From: Moniliella sp. 'wahieum'
Lineage: Eukaryota
Direction: 5' to 3'
DNA: 64,000 bases
NCBI GenBank assembly: GCA_003971905.1
Contig: RSEE01000021.1
Span: forward strand, 682,001 to 746,000
In this document: positions 37,999 to 50,061 of the stretch, one piece after another
Position numbering within the stretch: position 1 is the stretch's first letter
Layout: every line of letters begins with the position of its first letter
Position numbers and translations under genes: made by a program
Notes under the pieces: model-generated
What the model was told of the DNA's origin: nothing
Database searches by the model: none
Seen by the model: only the letters and a program-made list of their open reading frames with translations

Positions 37999-39536
37999 GC
38001 ACCGCTTGGACTCGAATGAGCTCTAGTTCGTATACGGACTTTGATCAACCAATGAAGGAACATGATTGTGTACTCAGTTGTGTGCATGTGTACTTTTGTT
38101 TGGTTTGATTTGTTTTGGGTGGTTCTGGGTGGTCAGTGGTTGGTTGGTGTTGGCTTTGATTTATGGATTTATCCCGCACACCTGGTGTGAATCAGTGCCG
38201 CACTGGGTTGGTTGAGCCCATTGGCCCACCCGCTTCGTATTTCAGAACCAACAAACAACTCACGTCATCCATTATATAGTGCTGCTCTGGAGTGTTGGAT
38301 TTCGTTTTGGTCCTCTCCTGTCCATTGCATGAACGTTGAGCTATGCATATGAACCGGTCTCGTCCCAGCCAGTGAGAGTCCAGCGAGTATTCCACGAGCA
38401 CGTGAAGCCAAAGCCCTATAATAAGCCTACGCCTCTGAAGTTTGCAAAGCCGCGAAATGAAGGAGCGACCATACCACTGTACAACCTCTCTTCAAGCTTC
38501 AAGGTTCAAGCCTCAGGCCTGAAGCTGGCCTGAAGCTCCTGAAGCTTCATTGTCATATAGTTTCTCACAGTTCGGCTCCCTCCGACCAGACGCATTGGTG
38601 CAGTCCTTTTTCTTGTCTGAGCGGATTCTATAGAGGTTTAGGTAACAGGGTAGAGCCGACAACCTCACGCGTGGGCTGAGGACCACGACCACAGTGCCGC
38701 CGGACCAGCAAAAAACTGTTCGCGAGGCACTCTCGAAAGGGTCTTAGTTCTCGCCATATAGCCGTAGCCATATATAACAAAATCCGATCCAGTAAGCAGT
38801 GAGTGAATGCCGTGGCGAGTATTATACTCTAGGCGGGCGCCGGACTCTCGAGCCCGACCCACCGTGCTTCAAGTAGCCATAGGTAAGTTCGGGCCCCGTA
38901 CCAAGCATATGGAACACCGGCGCGTATGGATGAATATGTGTACCGAATCCCGATTGAGGATGCAGGAACCACGGAACGTTCCCCGTCCGTTCCGTTCCAT
39001 TGTCAGTGAGTATTGAACTTGGGTGTGCTGGTCAAGTCGAAGAGGACGAGACGAGATGTGCATTGGCATCCTGCATCTGGCATCCTGCTCCCAAACACAC
39101 CGTACCCGTCGGGTTCGCAGGCATATTATGCATCATGTCCCTTGAAAATTCACTGGGAATCTTCCACAACCTTCCCCCCCCCTACTAGGTTCACTGTAAG
39201 CACCTACCGTACGTTGACGGCTGGATGCACCGTGCGCACATGCTATAGCTCAGTCCAGTTCCTTTTATAGCCAAGCAACTAAATAAGGACTCTAATTCAC
39301 ACATCCATTCACACGGATCCTGGATCCGGTTCTCGGTCTGAGGTGTCCAGCGGCAACGCGGGCACGAAAGCCACTGATGCCACATATCAGGGGAGAGAGA
39401 GCAGAGAATGCTGCAGTGCCTATAACGGCAGTCGAGTTGCGAGTTGCGAGTTGCGAGTGCACCACGTTCTCACCTTATTACTCGTTACCCCTTTAGGCCC
39501 TCATAGTTGGCCTGGGAGTTCTAAACCGTTGCCCAA

Positions 39537-41082
39537 TCAATAAATGGGCTGGTGGAGGGCCTGGCGCTGGGACTTGGAGGTAGGGTCAAAGAAAGGCGTT
39601 TCACCCAAAGTGGTGACGCGGGTACCATGACGAGCGAGGTGGTCGGGGTCGGGGAAGGGTCAGCGGCAATATCGTAATCTGCGACACTAGCGTGGATCGA
39701 GACGCGGTTGTCCCAGATAGCCGAGGTGCCCAGTCCCGGCCGCGACGGTTTCCAGTTAAAGCGTACTTGCAAGTCACGACTCGTTTCGTAGATCTGGAAG
39801 AGCAAGTTGAGAATCGCCTCGGACTCGGCCGGTTCTAGACCGACGATGCGCGTCGTGTAGTGTCGGTTGACAAATACGGCCTGTGGTGTGGCGGCGAGAG
39901 GGGCAGGAAGGGAGAGGGGGGGGGAAGATGAGAGGAAAGCAAAGAAGACAGGAAGTGGCATTTGTCAGTTTTTCGGATCTTCAACTCTCGTCGGTTATCG
40001 GCACGAGCCTGATGCACCACAGCGCAAAGGAAATATGCAAAGAGGGGTATGTATGCAAAGAGGGCTATGCCGGATGTGCATATGAATGTGAATGTCACGT
40101 ACCTTCCAACCTGTCGCAGGGTTGGTGCGAATCAGGGCATGTTCGCGCTCGATGTACTTAGGACCAGCGAGGGGGTTGGTGCGGTCGACGTACGGGTGGG
40201 CAGAGCGGTAAATGGCTGTCTTGCCATCGAGGAACTGCTGTAGCGCAGGGGACAGTTTATCGTACACGCCATACCCCGAGACCCAGTAAGTGTCACCGCC
40301 TGTGGTGGGGATCGAGTCGTTGTGGAGATGGGTGTAGGAAGCCGGCTGCAGTTCGTGGGTCAAGTCCGTGTGCCAGAGGGACGTGCCGAACTGAGTTTTG
40401 AACCCATACTGTGTGTTGGACTCCAAGCTGGCCAACTTGGGCCAGATGACCGTCGTGCCCTCCAAACCGGGTACATGGGGTACCTTAGGATGCACCTCGA
40501 CCTGCCCCCAGTACTTGCCCAACTCGAGTTGCTTGCTCGGTGCTAGATCCTGGTCACGGAAGAAGACCACGACGCGTTCGGCCACCAGAAGTGCCAGCTC
40601 GTCGCGTTGCTGGTCGGTCAACTGGCTCAGCTGCAGACCGACCAGTTCGGTACCAATGTAAGTGGTGAGGTGGCGCACCTCCTTGGCCGCGCTCAGCAAC
40701 GCCTTCTTTCCGGGTCGGCAAACGTGGCGCGTTCCACATGCTTCCAATGTTCGCCGCGCACCTGCAGTCCCTCGTCGAGGAAGACGGGCGGGTTGGTCGG
40801 GTAGGCAGGGTAGCCTTGGCTCAGGTCCACCCCGTGCCGGGCAAAGCGGTCTTTAGTCGACTGGGGCAGGGCATTCTGTCGGTCAGGCTTGGGCTGGCCC
40901 GAGGACAACGGGATTTGCAGGATGCGCTGGCCTAGCTCGTTCACCGTCTCTTTCAAACCCGAAGAAGGGGTCGGCGCTTGGCTCGTCTCGGGCGCCAACT
41001 TGATCTTACCCGCTGTGCTCGGGAAGGCAGAGGAGGGGGAGGGGGCAGACGTATGGGTGGAGGTGGCAGTGGGAGGAGCCAT
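39537..41082 (-). CDS. Alpha-ketoglutarate-dependent sulfonate/taurine dioxygenase, TauD/JLP1 family (intron 39881-40102)
   Basis: LTTYIGTELVGLQLSQLTDQQRDELALLVAERVVVFFRDQDL, WHTDLTHE (HxD), GGDTYW, HALIRTNPATGWK|AVFVN, AIWDNRVSIH. Confidence 0.93.
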
Positions 41083-42140
41083 GATTTCTGCTGCTGCTGC
41101 TGGTCGAAAACGTAGGGTGGAGGAAGACGAGGGAGGTGCGGGAACGAAGGAAGAGGAGGGTGTGAGCCAAAGAAGGGAATGGAGGACGAAAAGCCGGGTA
41201 TAAATAGACTGAGGGTACGGAGGAGCGAGGGCACAGATCAGTGATCGTGCTCTCTCTACCCCGCCCCGCCCTGTTCTGCCTCCGCACGAGGCAAGATGCG
41301 GAGAGAAGCGGGGAGGGGAGTAGCAGGTGGGAGCGGGAGACGCTGGGGCTGGTGAGGCCTGAGAAGAGAGGGCGTGATGAGGGAAGCAATGTCGTTATGC
41401 GGACTGGAGGGGGGTTATGCTCATGATTATCGCCGAGTCTCTCGGCCATGTGGGGGCGGTGTGGGCTGTGGAGCTGCTAGGCAATCTGCCTGGGGGGAGC
41501 ATGGATTGGATCTCCTGGATCCGATGACGATGGGGGTAGTGGGCGGAGGCACCACCGGCGTCTCTGCCGGAGATTGCAGATTGGAGATTGGGGGGTGCTG
41601 AGGGCGGGGTGGGGACCGTGTCTGGCCGAGGGAGGGTGCTTAGCTCCGGTATCGACGGGGGGGGGCGACTGGAGGAGGGGATGTGGACTGGGAGAGTATA
41701 GTAGAGGGCATGGCGTGCTGGGAAAGGACGCGGCGAAGCGCACAGCGCGTCTCGTGTCGCGTGGGGATTCCATGTCGAGGACAAATACATGATGTGCCAG
41801 TGCTCACCGCCTGAGCGGCGCACGCAAGAGCAGTTCCAATATCGGGCTGTGATAACTCGATTGATACTCGATAACAAACGCGAGGGATGCATGATGCATG
41901 ATGATGGAAAAGAAAACATTCAATCGCGGAGGCCCCGGGGTGTGATGTGCGCCGTGGTGGCAGCCCCATCACATGTGACGTCACCTGGGCGTGTGGGCTC
42001 TGCGCCGCGTTAAAATATTAAGTACCCCTATGCTCGGTGGCGCCGGCGGGAGGCCAAGCGCGCGGAGCAGCAGCCTCTGGTGGGGCTTTCCTTTGCCTTT
42101 GCCTTTGCCTTCGTTGCCTTGCCACCGCCTGGCCTTGCCC

Positions 42141-43828
42141 ATGCCCACCTCCGCCTCTGCCTCCGCTCCACCACCGGCACCTCCCTCAGCCCCGCCCTGT
42201 CCCATCCCGACTGCTCCTCCGACCCAGACCGCAGCGGCTGGGACGACGGCACGGACGCCTTGCAGCTGGAAGACGGTGTGGAGTGGGACGCCGACGACCG
42301 CCCTGGCGGTCTAGACCTCTTCCGCCGCGCCCACATTCTCTGGCCCGAGCTTTTCCCCTTGCCCCGTAGCCCGTCCGCGCCGCCCCAGCGACCGCCAGTG
42401 GCCGACAGCTTGCCCCACGCCTGCCCCACCGCGCCTCCGTCGCTCGCACGCCTCTTTGCCCCCCCGCGCCGACCTCTCCGTCCCTCGTTCCTCCTGCCCG
42501 CCCGAACCTGACCTCGCCCGACCCTTACCCTTACCCTTACCCTTACCCATCACACAAGCCTCCCACACGGGCATCTTCCTCGTCTCTGCCTCGCTCGCAC
42601 GGACACCGGAGCCCTTTGATACCCCCTGCCGCGTCCCGCGCCGCCTCATCCGTTGGCAACACCCTGGTCCGAAGGCCCTCCTACGCCGCTGTTGCAGCCC
42701 AGTTCCAGTCCCAGTCCCAAGCCCACTCCCACACCCAGCGCCCAGCACCAACAGCTGCACCCAAGGCAGCGGGGACGTTGCGGCACTCGCCTTCGCTGCC
42801 CGGAAGTTTTTCAGGGCGAATAGGAGGCTCTAACCATCATCGAGCCTGTCCTTCTCCTTCCGTTTGTTCTACTCGTACTACCTTCTCTCCCTCCGCCTCG
42901 GATCCGCCGCTTGGGCCTGCTGCCCTTGCCCCTACTGCAAGTCCAACTTCAACTCTAGCTCCAACTACAACTCCAACGTCCCTTTCCACGCGACACGACC
43001 CTCCAGCTACCGCTCCCAGGACACTACGTGGGATGCGAAGCTTTGCCGATGTGGCCCGACGTGGTGGCAACGCCGGTGGGTCGGCTACGCGTGCCCATTA
43101 TCCTACCCATTCAGCCCATACCCTTCCCCCTACCCTTCCCGCTACCCTTCCGCGTACGCTTTCCCGGACGCTTCCCCGTACACTTCCTCCTACGCTTCCC
43201 CCTACGCTTCCCCTACGCTTCCCTCTCCCCTTTCCCGTACACTTCCGCGTCCGTTTACCCTTGGCCATGGGGTTAAGACTAAAGCTAGCGCAGGATACAC
43301 ACAGAGCAATCGTGCGCGCCGTCGAGACGCGCGTGTTCGTCCGACGCTCATCCCCCCCCGACGGATCCTGTGCCGCAGGAAGGCATGCGGTTCGATGCGG
43401 TGCAACGTACCTGGCTTCGCACCAGTGTCGAAGGTCAGCAGGAGGAGATGGCGTTGTTGCGTGCGTTTGAGGAGGAGGAGGAGAGAGACGCGCAAGGTGA
43501 GCAAGAGGAGAGGGGTGACGTGGTGGAGCAGAACAAGACGCACATGAATAAGAACACGAAGCCGCACACGGATAACCACACGAAGAAGAACACGAAGGAG
43601 AATGTGAAGGAGAGGAATACGAAGGAGAAGGAGGAGAAAAAGGTGGTGGTGGGGTCAGGGCTGAGGCTCGGTCGGGACCAGGTCGTAATAGCCAACGGAA
43701 GTGGCACCGTGGGTGACGGTCATGACCGACCAAGGGCGGTACCGGAGGGGTCAAGTTCGCCTTTGCACCGTTCCTTTCACCTGGCCGAACAACTTCATCG
43801 CCATCAAATGCGCATCTTGGGCCTCTAG
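42141..43828 (+). CDS. Hypothetical protein, weakly Byr4/Bfa1-like
   Basis: N-terminal WDD/EWDADD acidic motifs, P/S/T-rich middle, GMRFDAVQRTW...LLRAFEEE recalling the M-x-F/W-x5-W...L-x2-F motif of Byr4/Bfa1; recalled from memory, not aligned. Confidence 0.3.
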
Positions 43829-43962
43829 GTTCTACGCTCTACGCTCTATGCTGTACGCTGTATACTGTACGCTCTACGCTCTACGCTGTAAGCCCTAAGC
43901 TCTAGGCTCTAGGTTCAAGGCTTTTGGCCCTAGGTTCTAAGCTCTAGGTTCTAAGCTCTAGG
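43824..43962. repeat. Degenerate heptamer array (CTCTACG/CTCTAGG/TTCTAAG)
   Basis: About 19 imperfect 7-nt units read directly. Confidence 0.85.
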
Positions 43963-44980
43963 ACCTTGGGATCCTGTTGGTCCGCACGCCCGAGCCGATG
44001 TGGAGCGCAGGAACGGCGACGTGGGGCCAAGCGAGGCAAGGGGCGGGGGAGAGGATGAGGTCCTTGGGCTCGTCCTTGGGCTCGTTTTGCGTCGTGCGGG
44101 ATCGTCCTTGGGGTTTGCGCTCCGGTGGTGGTGTGCCACATGGGACACGCCACATGAGACATGGGACGGGGACATGGGATCCTATGACCCTGTGGTTCTA
44201 TGGTTCTGTGGTTCTGTGGCTGAGCGACATGGTGACTCTGACAGAGGGCCTTTGGTGAGTGGCGTGACATGTGACGGTTGTGACCGAGCTAGCCTAGGGG
44301 GGAGAGGAGAGGAGAGGAAAGTCTGCCGCCGAACCGATAATCGATCCTCGATCCTCGATCCCCGAAACGCCTTACCTGAACCATGCCCACGACAGCCACA
44401 GCGATGCTCAGCTCAGCGCTCAGGATGCGTTTGTTCCTTCGAAACCCTAAGGATTGGCAAGGATAGAAGGTCAATGATCAATGGTCGAAACGACCGGAAG
44501 GATCAAAAGGATCCCCACTACGCGCTACCACAACGAGATGTATTATCCTTTTGTGCACCCCTTTCCGTGCCGTCCAGCACTGGTTTGGGAGACTGATGGT
44601 TACCACTTACCACTTACCGCTTAGCGTGTACCGCCTACCGCCTACCGTTTACCTACCCTCCTTCCTACTCGACTATCCGGACGGGGAATTCAAGAGGACG
44701 GGGAATTCAAGAGGACGTCGGCACCCGAGTTCCGTACATGGCAACATGGAATCGAACATATTGAATTTGAACCAGTCGCATAAACGAGCAAGACGAGCAA
44801 GACGAGCGCGCGTACCGACAATGCATGTTTCTTTCTCCTCTCCTCTCCACTCCACTCCACTCCCCCCTCTTCTTTCCTCTCAGGGTTGAGGATCCTTGGC
44901 GCCCTCTCTCTCCTCTCCTCTCCTCTCCTCCTCTCCTCTCCTCTGAGGGTTGAGGATGCTTGACGTCCTCTCCTCACTTA

Positions 44981-46306
44981 TCAAGGCACCGGATCCGGAT
45001 CCGGATCGCTGGTGTAGGTACCGGGGAAACGCCCTGTACGCCATGCACTTTTCCCGTCCACCAATCGTCTCGGGACTCGGTACGGGAGACGAGCAGGATC
45101 TTGTCGCCCGCGGTAAAGGAAAGGTCTCCGTCCGTCTGGGCGGTAAAGTCATACAGGGCAATCACGTACGGTGGCAAGTCATCTTCCAATTCCAATTCCC
45201 GTTCCATGTCCGGTCTTTTTCTCGTCTTTCTTTCCTGTGACTTGTTTGTCTTGTTTCTCCTCCGCCATCACCTCTGTTGCGGGTGATGGCTGCGGTTCCA
45301 GCACGGACGATCCGGGCGGGGATCCGGGGTCAGGGTGGTTAGGAAGGTTCGTGCCGGCACGTCCGGCCGCTTCGAGGATGCGGGCGGAAGAGGGAGGCGG
45401 GCGATGCAGAGTCAGAGCGTCGATCTGCTTTGCGACCTGGCCCAAGGCGGCGGTATACTCCGATCTGATCGTAGACAGTTTGGACCGAACCTGGGTCTTG
45501 TGCTGGATAAAGGCAAAGCGTTCAAAGTGCTTGAAGGAGAGGTAAAACAAATTGAGTTGGAGGAAATATAGAGTGGACCAAAGCGGTTGCATAAGTTGTG
45601 GTGCCAAGCGCAAAAACGTAGGCAACTCGTCTTTGAGAACGGTGGTAAAGTACTTGTAGTCCTCTTTGGCTATGTAGTACTCCTGCTGCTTTGACCAGGT
45701 TCGATTCGTCGCGGGACGATTTGGACGGTTTGTTCTTCAGCGCGAGGTAGGACGCTGTGCGACGTTCTAAATCCACAAGCTTGTGGTTCCGTTTGGTAAT
45801 ATGTTTGCGGATCATTTGTACGATCGCTTTCAGGTCCCGAAGGGGGTGGATCACTTGCGTTTCCAGCACCTCCATTTCGGGCGTCAGCGCCTCAGTGAGA
45901 TCCGTGACGAACGTACGGTATTCCCGCACGTGGCTGAGGTTCAGCTTGGGACGACGGCCACTCAGATCGGGAACGGAATATGGATCTGAACCTGAATCTG
46001 GATTTGGACCTGAATCTGAATCAGGATTTGAATAGGGATCGGTGGGGTTGCGCTTTGGGCACCCTCAGTCCCGAGCGGGGCGGAGGCCGAGTCCATGTAG
46101 GCGCCCAACTGAGCTGAGGAGAGCATAGCCTGGAGCGAAGTAAGGAACGAGGCGGCATCTCTGCGCAGTCGGAGAGCCGAGCCTTCGATCATGTCAAACC
46201 GGCTGGCCAGCTCATCGTATTCCACGTCGGAGGGCTTGGGCTCGTTGGAAAAGGTGGAGGTGATCATGTACGGGGTACGCGCAATGGCCTTGGTGAAGCC
46301 GCGCAT
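44981..46306 (-). CDS. RVS167: N-BAR + SH3 amphiphysin (Rvs167/Hob1 family), no intron seen
   Basis: MRGFTKAIARTP, IRKHITKRNHKLVDLER, LKDELPTF, SH3 YVIALYDFTAQTDGDLSFTAGDKI...DDWWTGK..G.FPGTY after frame correction. Confidence 0.9.
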
Positions 46307-46634
46307 GGTGGGCGATGGGGCGGAGCGGATGGAGGAGAAGCAGCTAGAGGTGGAGGATGAGGAGAAGGAGAAGGAGAAGCAGAAGCAGAGGGAGAAGCAG
46401 CGGTGAAGGAAACGTGCTGTGGCGCTGGAACTGCGCATGGCTTATACATCACACACATCCCCTGCGACCGGTCCCAGGTGCATCCTCGCTGATCAATATT
46501 TCATTTCGACTTGAGATTCAGAATTCAGATCTCAGATTCGGATTCGGATTGGGATGCTTTTTACACCTCGGCCTGCTCGCGCCACCACCTCGCCCGGTCG
46601 TCGGCCCATCCACGCATGGCGTTTGGCCCCGTGC

Positions 46635-47945
46635 CTATGCGCATGTTGGGCTGGAGCACGACGCACCCCACGTCAGGAGGTACATTGAGCGGCAGCAAGC
46701 ATCCTGGCTTTCGCGTGGCTGATGACGCGTGCAACTGGGTGTGCTGTAGGGCGTGGTAAGCGAGTCGATGGTCGTTGGTTCGTCCTCGGTCCCCATCCGC
46801 TCTGTCTGCTCAGTCCGCTCAGTCCGCTCAGTCCGCTCAGTCCGCTCAGTCCGCTCAGTCCGCTCTGTTTGCTCTGTTTGCTCTGCACGTCCATCGCGCA
46901 CATACATCCCCATCTGCACCACGACACGGGCGATGTTATGTGCGTCGTCCAAGCCCGAGTGAGCACGTCCTTCGAACGCAAGACCAAATTGAGCTAGCAT
47001 GCCAGAGATCGTCACGTCTTTGCGTGCTTGTTGCCATGGGTGCGCGGGGCGTCCAGTCCCCCCCCGGGCCCGCAAGGCGCGTCATGAGAATAAATGCCTT
47101 GCGTACATCCAGTACTGGTCCAGTCAGCCATAGCGGGCAGATCCCACGCTGGGCCCTTGTCCCAAGCCGGCTTGCTGCGCTCGCATCGGTATCGGTATGT
47201 GTAAGGTTTCGGCTCGCCGTGGCCGACAACCAAGAGGCCTTGGGAGCAAAATCAGCCAAGTCATAGGGTCCATGTGTGGCCCAGCACACGCCCGGAGCCA
47301 AATGGTACTGGTCTGGATCATCAGTTTTGTCTCGTGGGAGGAGGAGGTGGGTGGTTGCGCAAGCCAATCAATGTATGGGACAAGACCACAGGCCAAGGTT
47401 CAGCTTGGTCCACTGTATCCTGCTCGATCCCCGTTAAGTCACGACAAAATTGGCTCAGTCGAGGACGCCAGACCGGCTTGACAAATCGATGGAACCGGCT
47501 CGTTTCGCAGTATTGCTTCCTCTGTTCGTTCCAGCCAAGTGCGATGATAGGCAGCTCAATGACTGCACCACTATTCTGTCAGCCGCCTGTATAGAACGAG
47601 CAAACAAACAAACAAGCACACAGAAAGTCGTGGAGAGGGGGGTCAGGGCTCACTTTCATTGGGATAGTCGTATCGTAACGACGACGTTGCGCGTTCACAT
47701 GTGGCTTCAACATCGACCACAGAAAGGTGTGAATGGCAGGAGCCCAAGCAGGGGCAGGTGCGGGGGAGACAGCAGGAACGGACGAGGGCGCAGATGAGAA
47801 AGTAGAGTCACCACCACCACCAGCGGCAGCAGCGGCAGCAGTGGCTTTGCGCACCTTGTTGTACCGCTGCTTGAGGGCCAACTTGTTGCCGGACGTACTG
47901 CACTCTCTGCTGCAACTCAGCCCGTAGCTCCTCGACCGTGGGCAT
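46635..47945 (-). CDS. ERI1/3'hExo-family DEDDh 3'-5' exoribonuclease (intron 47563-47653)
   Basis: VDVEATC, YPNE|IIELP, FHRFVKPVWRPRLSQFCRDLTGIEQDTVD, WATHGPYDL, FEGRAHSGLDDAHNIARV; SAP-like TVEELRAEL...LKQR at the N-terminus. 3' end uncertain. Confidence 0.88.
46799..46885. repeat. 9-nt tandem repeat (GCTCAGTCC)n inside the ERI1-like gene 3' region
   Basis: Read directly; encodes (TER)n in the minus-strand ORF 46635-47075. Confidence 0.9.
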
Positions 47946-48435
47946 AGTACTGGACAAATAGCAGGGAAGGGAAGCGGATCGAGCCGTCGAACTGGCCAAG
48001 GGGAATGCCCACGGTGGGAGGCAGGACGGGGTTGGTTGAGAGTTGAGATGGAGTGGGTCGAGGTGGAGCGGTAAGCATTTAGGCGAATCAGCGAAGGTCC
48101 TCAGAAAAAAAAGCGCTTAGTACACTACCGGTGACGGTCACCGATTTCGATCACCAACCGAGCACTCGTCACGATCTCATATAGCACCCCAAAACAATGG
48201 TTGGCCCCTCGCTTTCCGACTTGCCAACCGTCTGCTCCATGCGCCCTTTTCAAATGACCTCGACATGCTCCCCCGCGTATGACGCTCACCTACACCTACA
48301 CCTACACCGGCGCGAACCAGGCTACACCGTGGTGTGCTACAAGGGGAAACTACAGAAGGCAGAGAACAAACGAAGGGGAACGAATACGACTGCCCAACGG
48401 TCGCAACAGGAGACAGACACGTTGTGACGTCCTAG

Positions 48436-48923
<488 letters not shown>

Positions 48924-49171
48924 TCAGTACGAGCAGGGGTCGAAACCGCAGCGCCAAGAGGGGGCAGACGGAGGAGAGAGAATACGCACACTACCTTCTC
49001 GCGAGCCGGGTGTGGGTCGCTTCCTCAAAGGTCGTGGAGAAGAAGTATAGACAACGGAGGCAAGGCCGGGGCATTCTACGGCCAAGGGGCGCCTCCCCTT
49101 CGGCCACGACCAGGACTCTGCACGACAAAGCAGCACTGTGTAAGACTGCCCCTCTGCCAGCGCCGCCGGCA

Positions 49172-49260
49172 CGAACCCTAGGGAATACGTAGGGTTGGGA
49201 TGTGGCCTGGATGTGATGTGTCGTGTGACATGTGACGTGCCATGTGACATGTGACTTGGG
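49172..49260. promoter_or_regulatory. RPS31 promoter: inverted AACCCTA/TAGGGTT pair and TGTGAC cluster
   Basis: AACCCTAGGG (49174-49183), TAGGGTT (49190-49196), then TGTGAC four times within 49224-49256. Confidence 0.55.
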
Positions 49261-50061
49261 GCATCCTGCCTGCCCTCCGCGTGGCAAAGGAAACCTGCGC
49301 ACTGGCCACACCCTGCCACACCTATCCCACCGCACAATGCATCAATCATCAATCATCTTGCCATCTCCCAGGCGTTGGCGGGGGCGGATGTGCTGCCGGG
49401 GAGGAGAAGGATTGAATAGTGACGAGAGGGGTCCTGCGGGAGGAAAGCGCACAAGGGATGGATCCGGTGGGTGGCCGATGCGGATGGGGCGGAGCGGGTA
49501 CGCAATGATTCATGATATGCGATGCATGATGTCATGTGTCCGTGTCATGGATGATGATGCAGAGAGGCGATGGAAGATGGATGGTTGATGGATGGTGAGC
49601 TGATCGATGATGGCGCCCCAATTCACGTGGAGCTTGGAGTTCAAGGGGAAGGGCGAACGGTGAATGTGAACCCAACGGCGTGATGGTGGTGGGCGAGCGC
49701 GGCATGTGGATACTGGATGCGCGGGGAGGGGAGGAGAGACGCGAGAGAGAGACGCGCACGAGCATCCGAGGCGGCGCGGACAGAGCAGCAGGCCGACCAG
49801 ACCCCAGACTGGCCGCGTGGAGGGCGCGATGGGATGATGCGATGGATGAGCGCACGTGATACTGACCAGTGACCAGTGACTAGTGATGCCTCACCGCTGA
49901 CCTAATTCGTGCTTGCCGGCCGAGTGGGTTGCCAGGCGGCCTTGAATATTGGATTGCAGCTTGCCTGGCTTTGGCTGCCCACCGCCATCCCCCCCCTTAC
50001 ACCTCCCCCCCTTACACCTCCCCCCTTACACCTCCCCCCCCAGGCGGCAGAGCGCGCCGGC

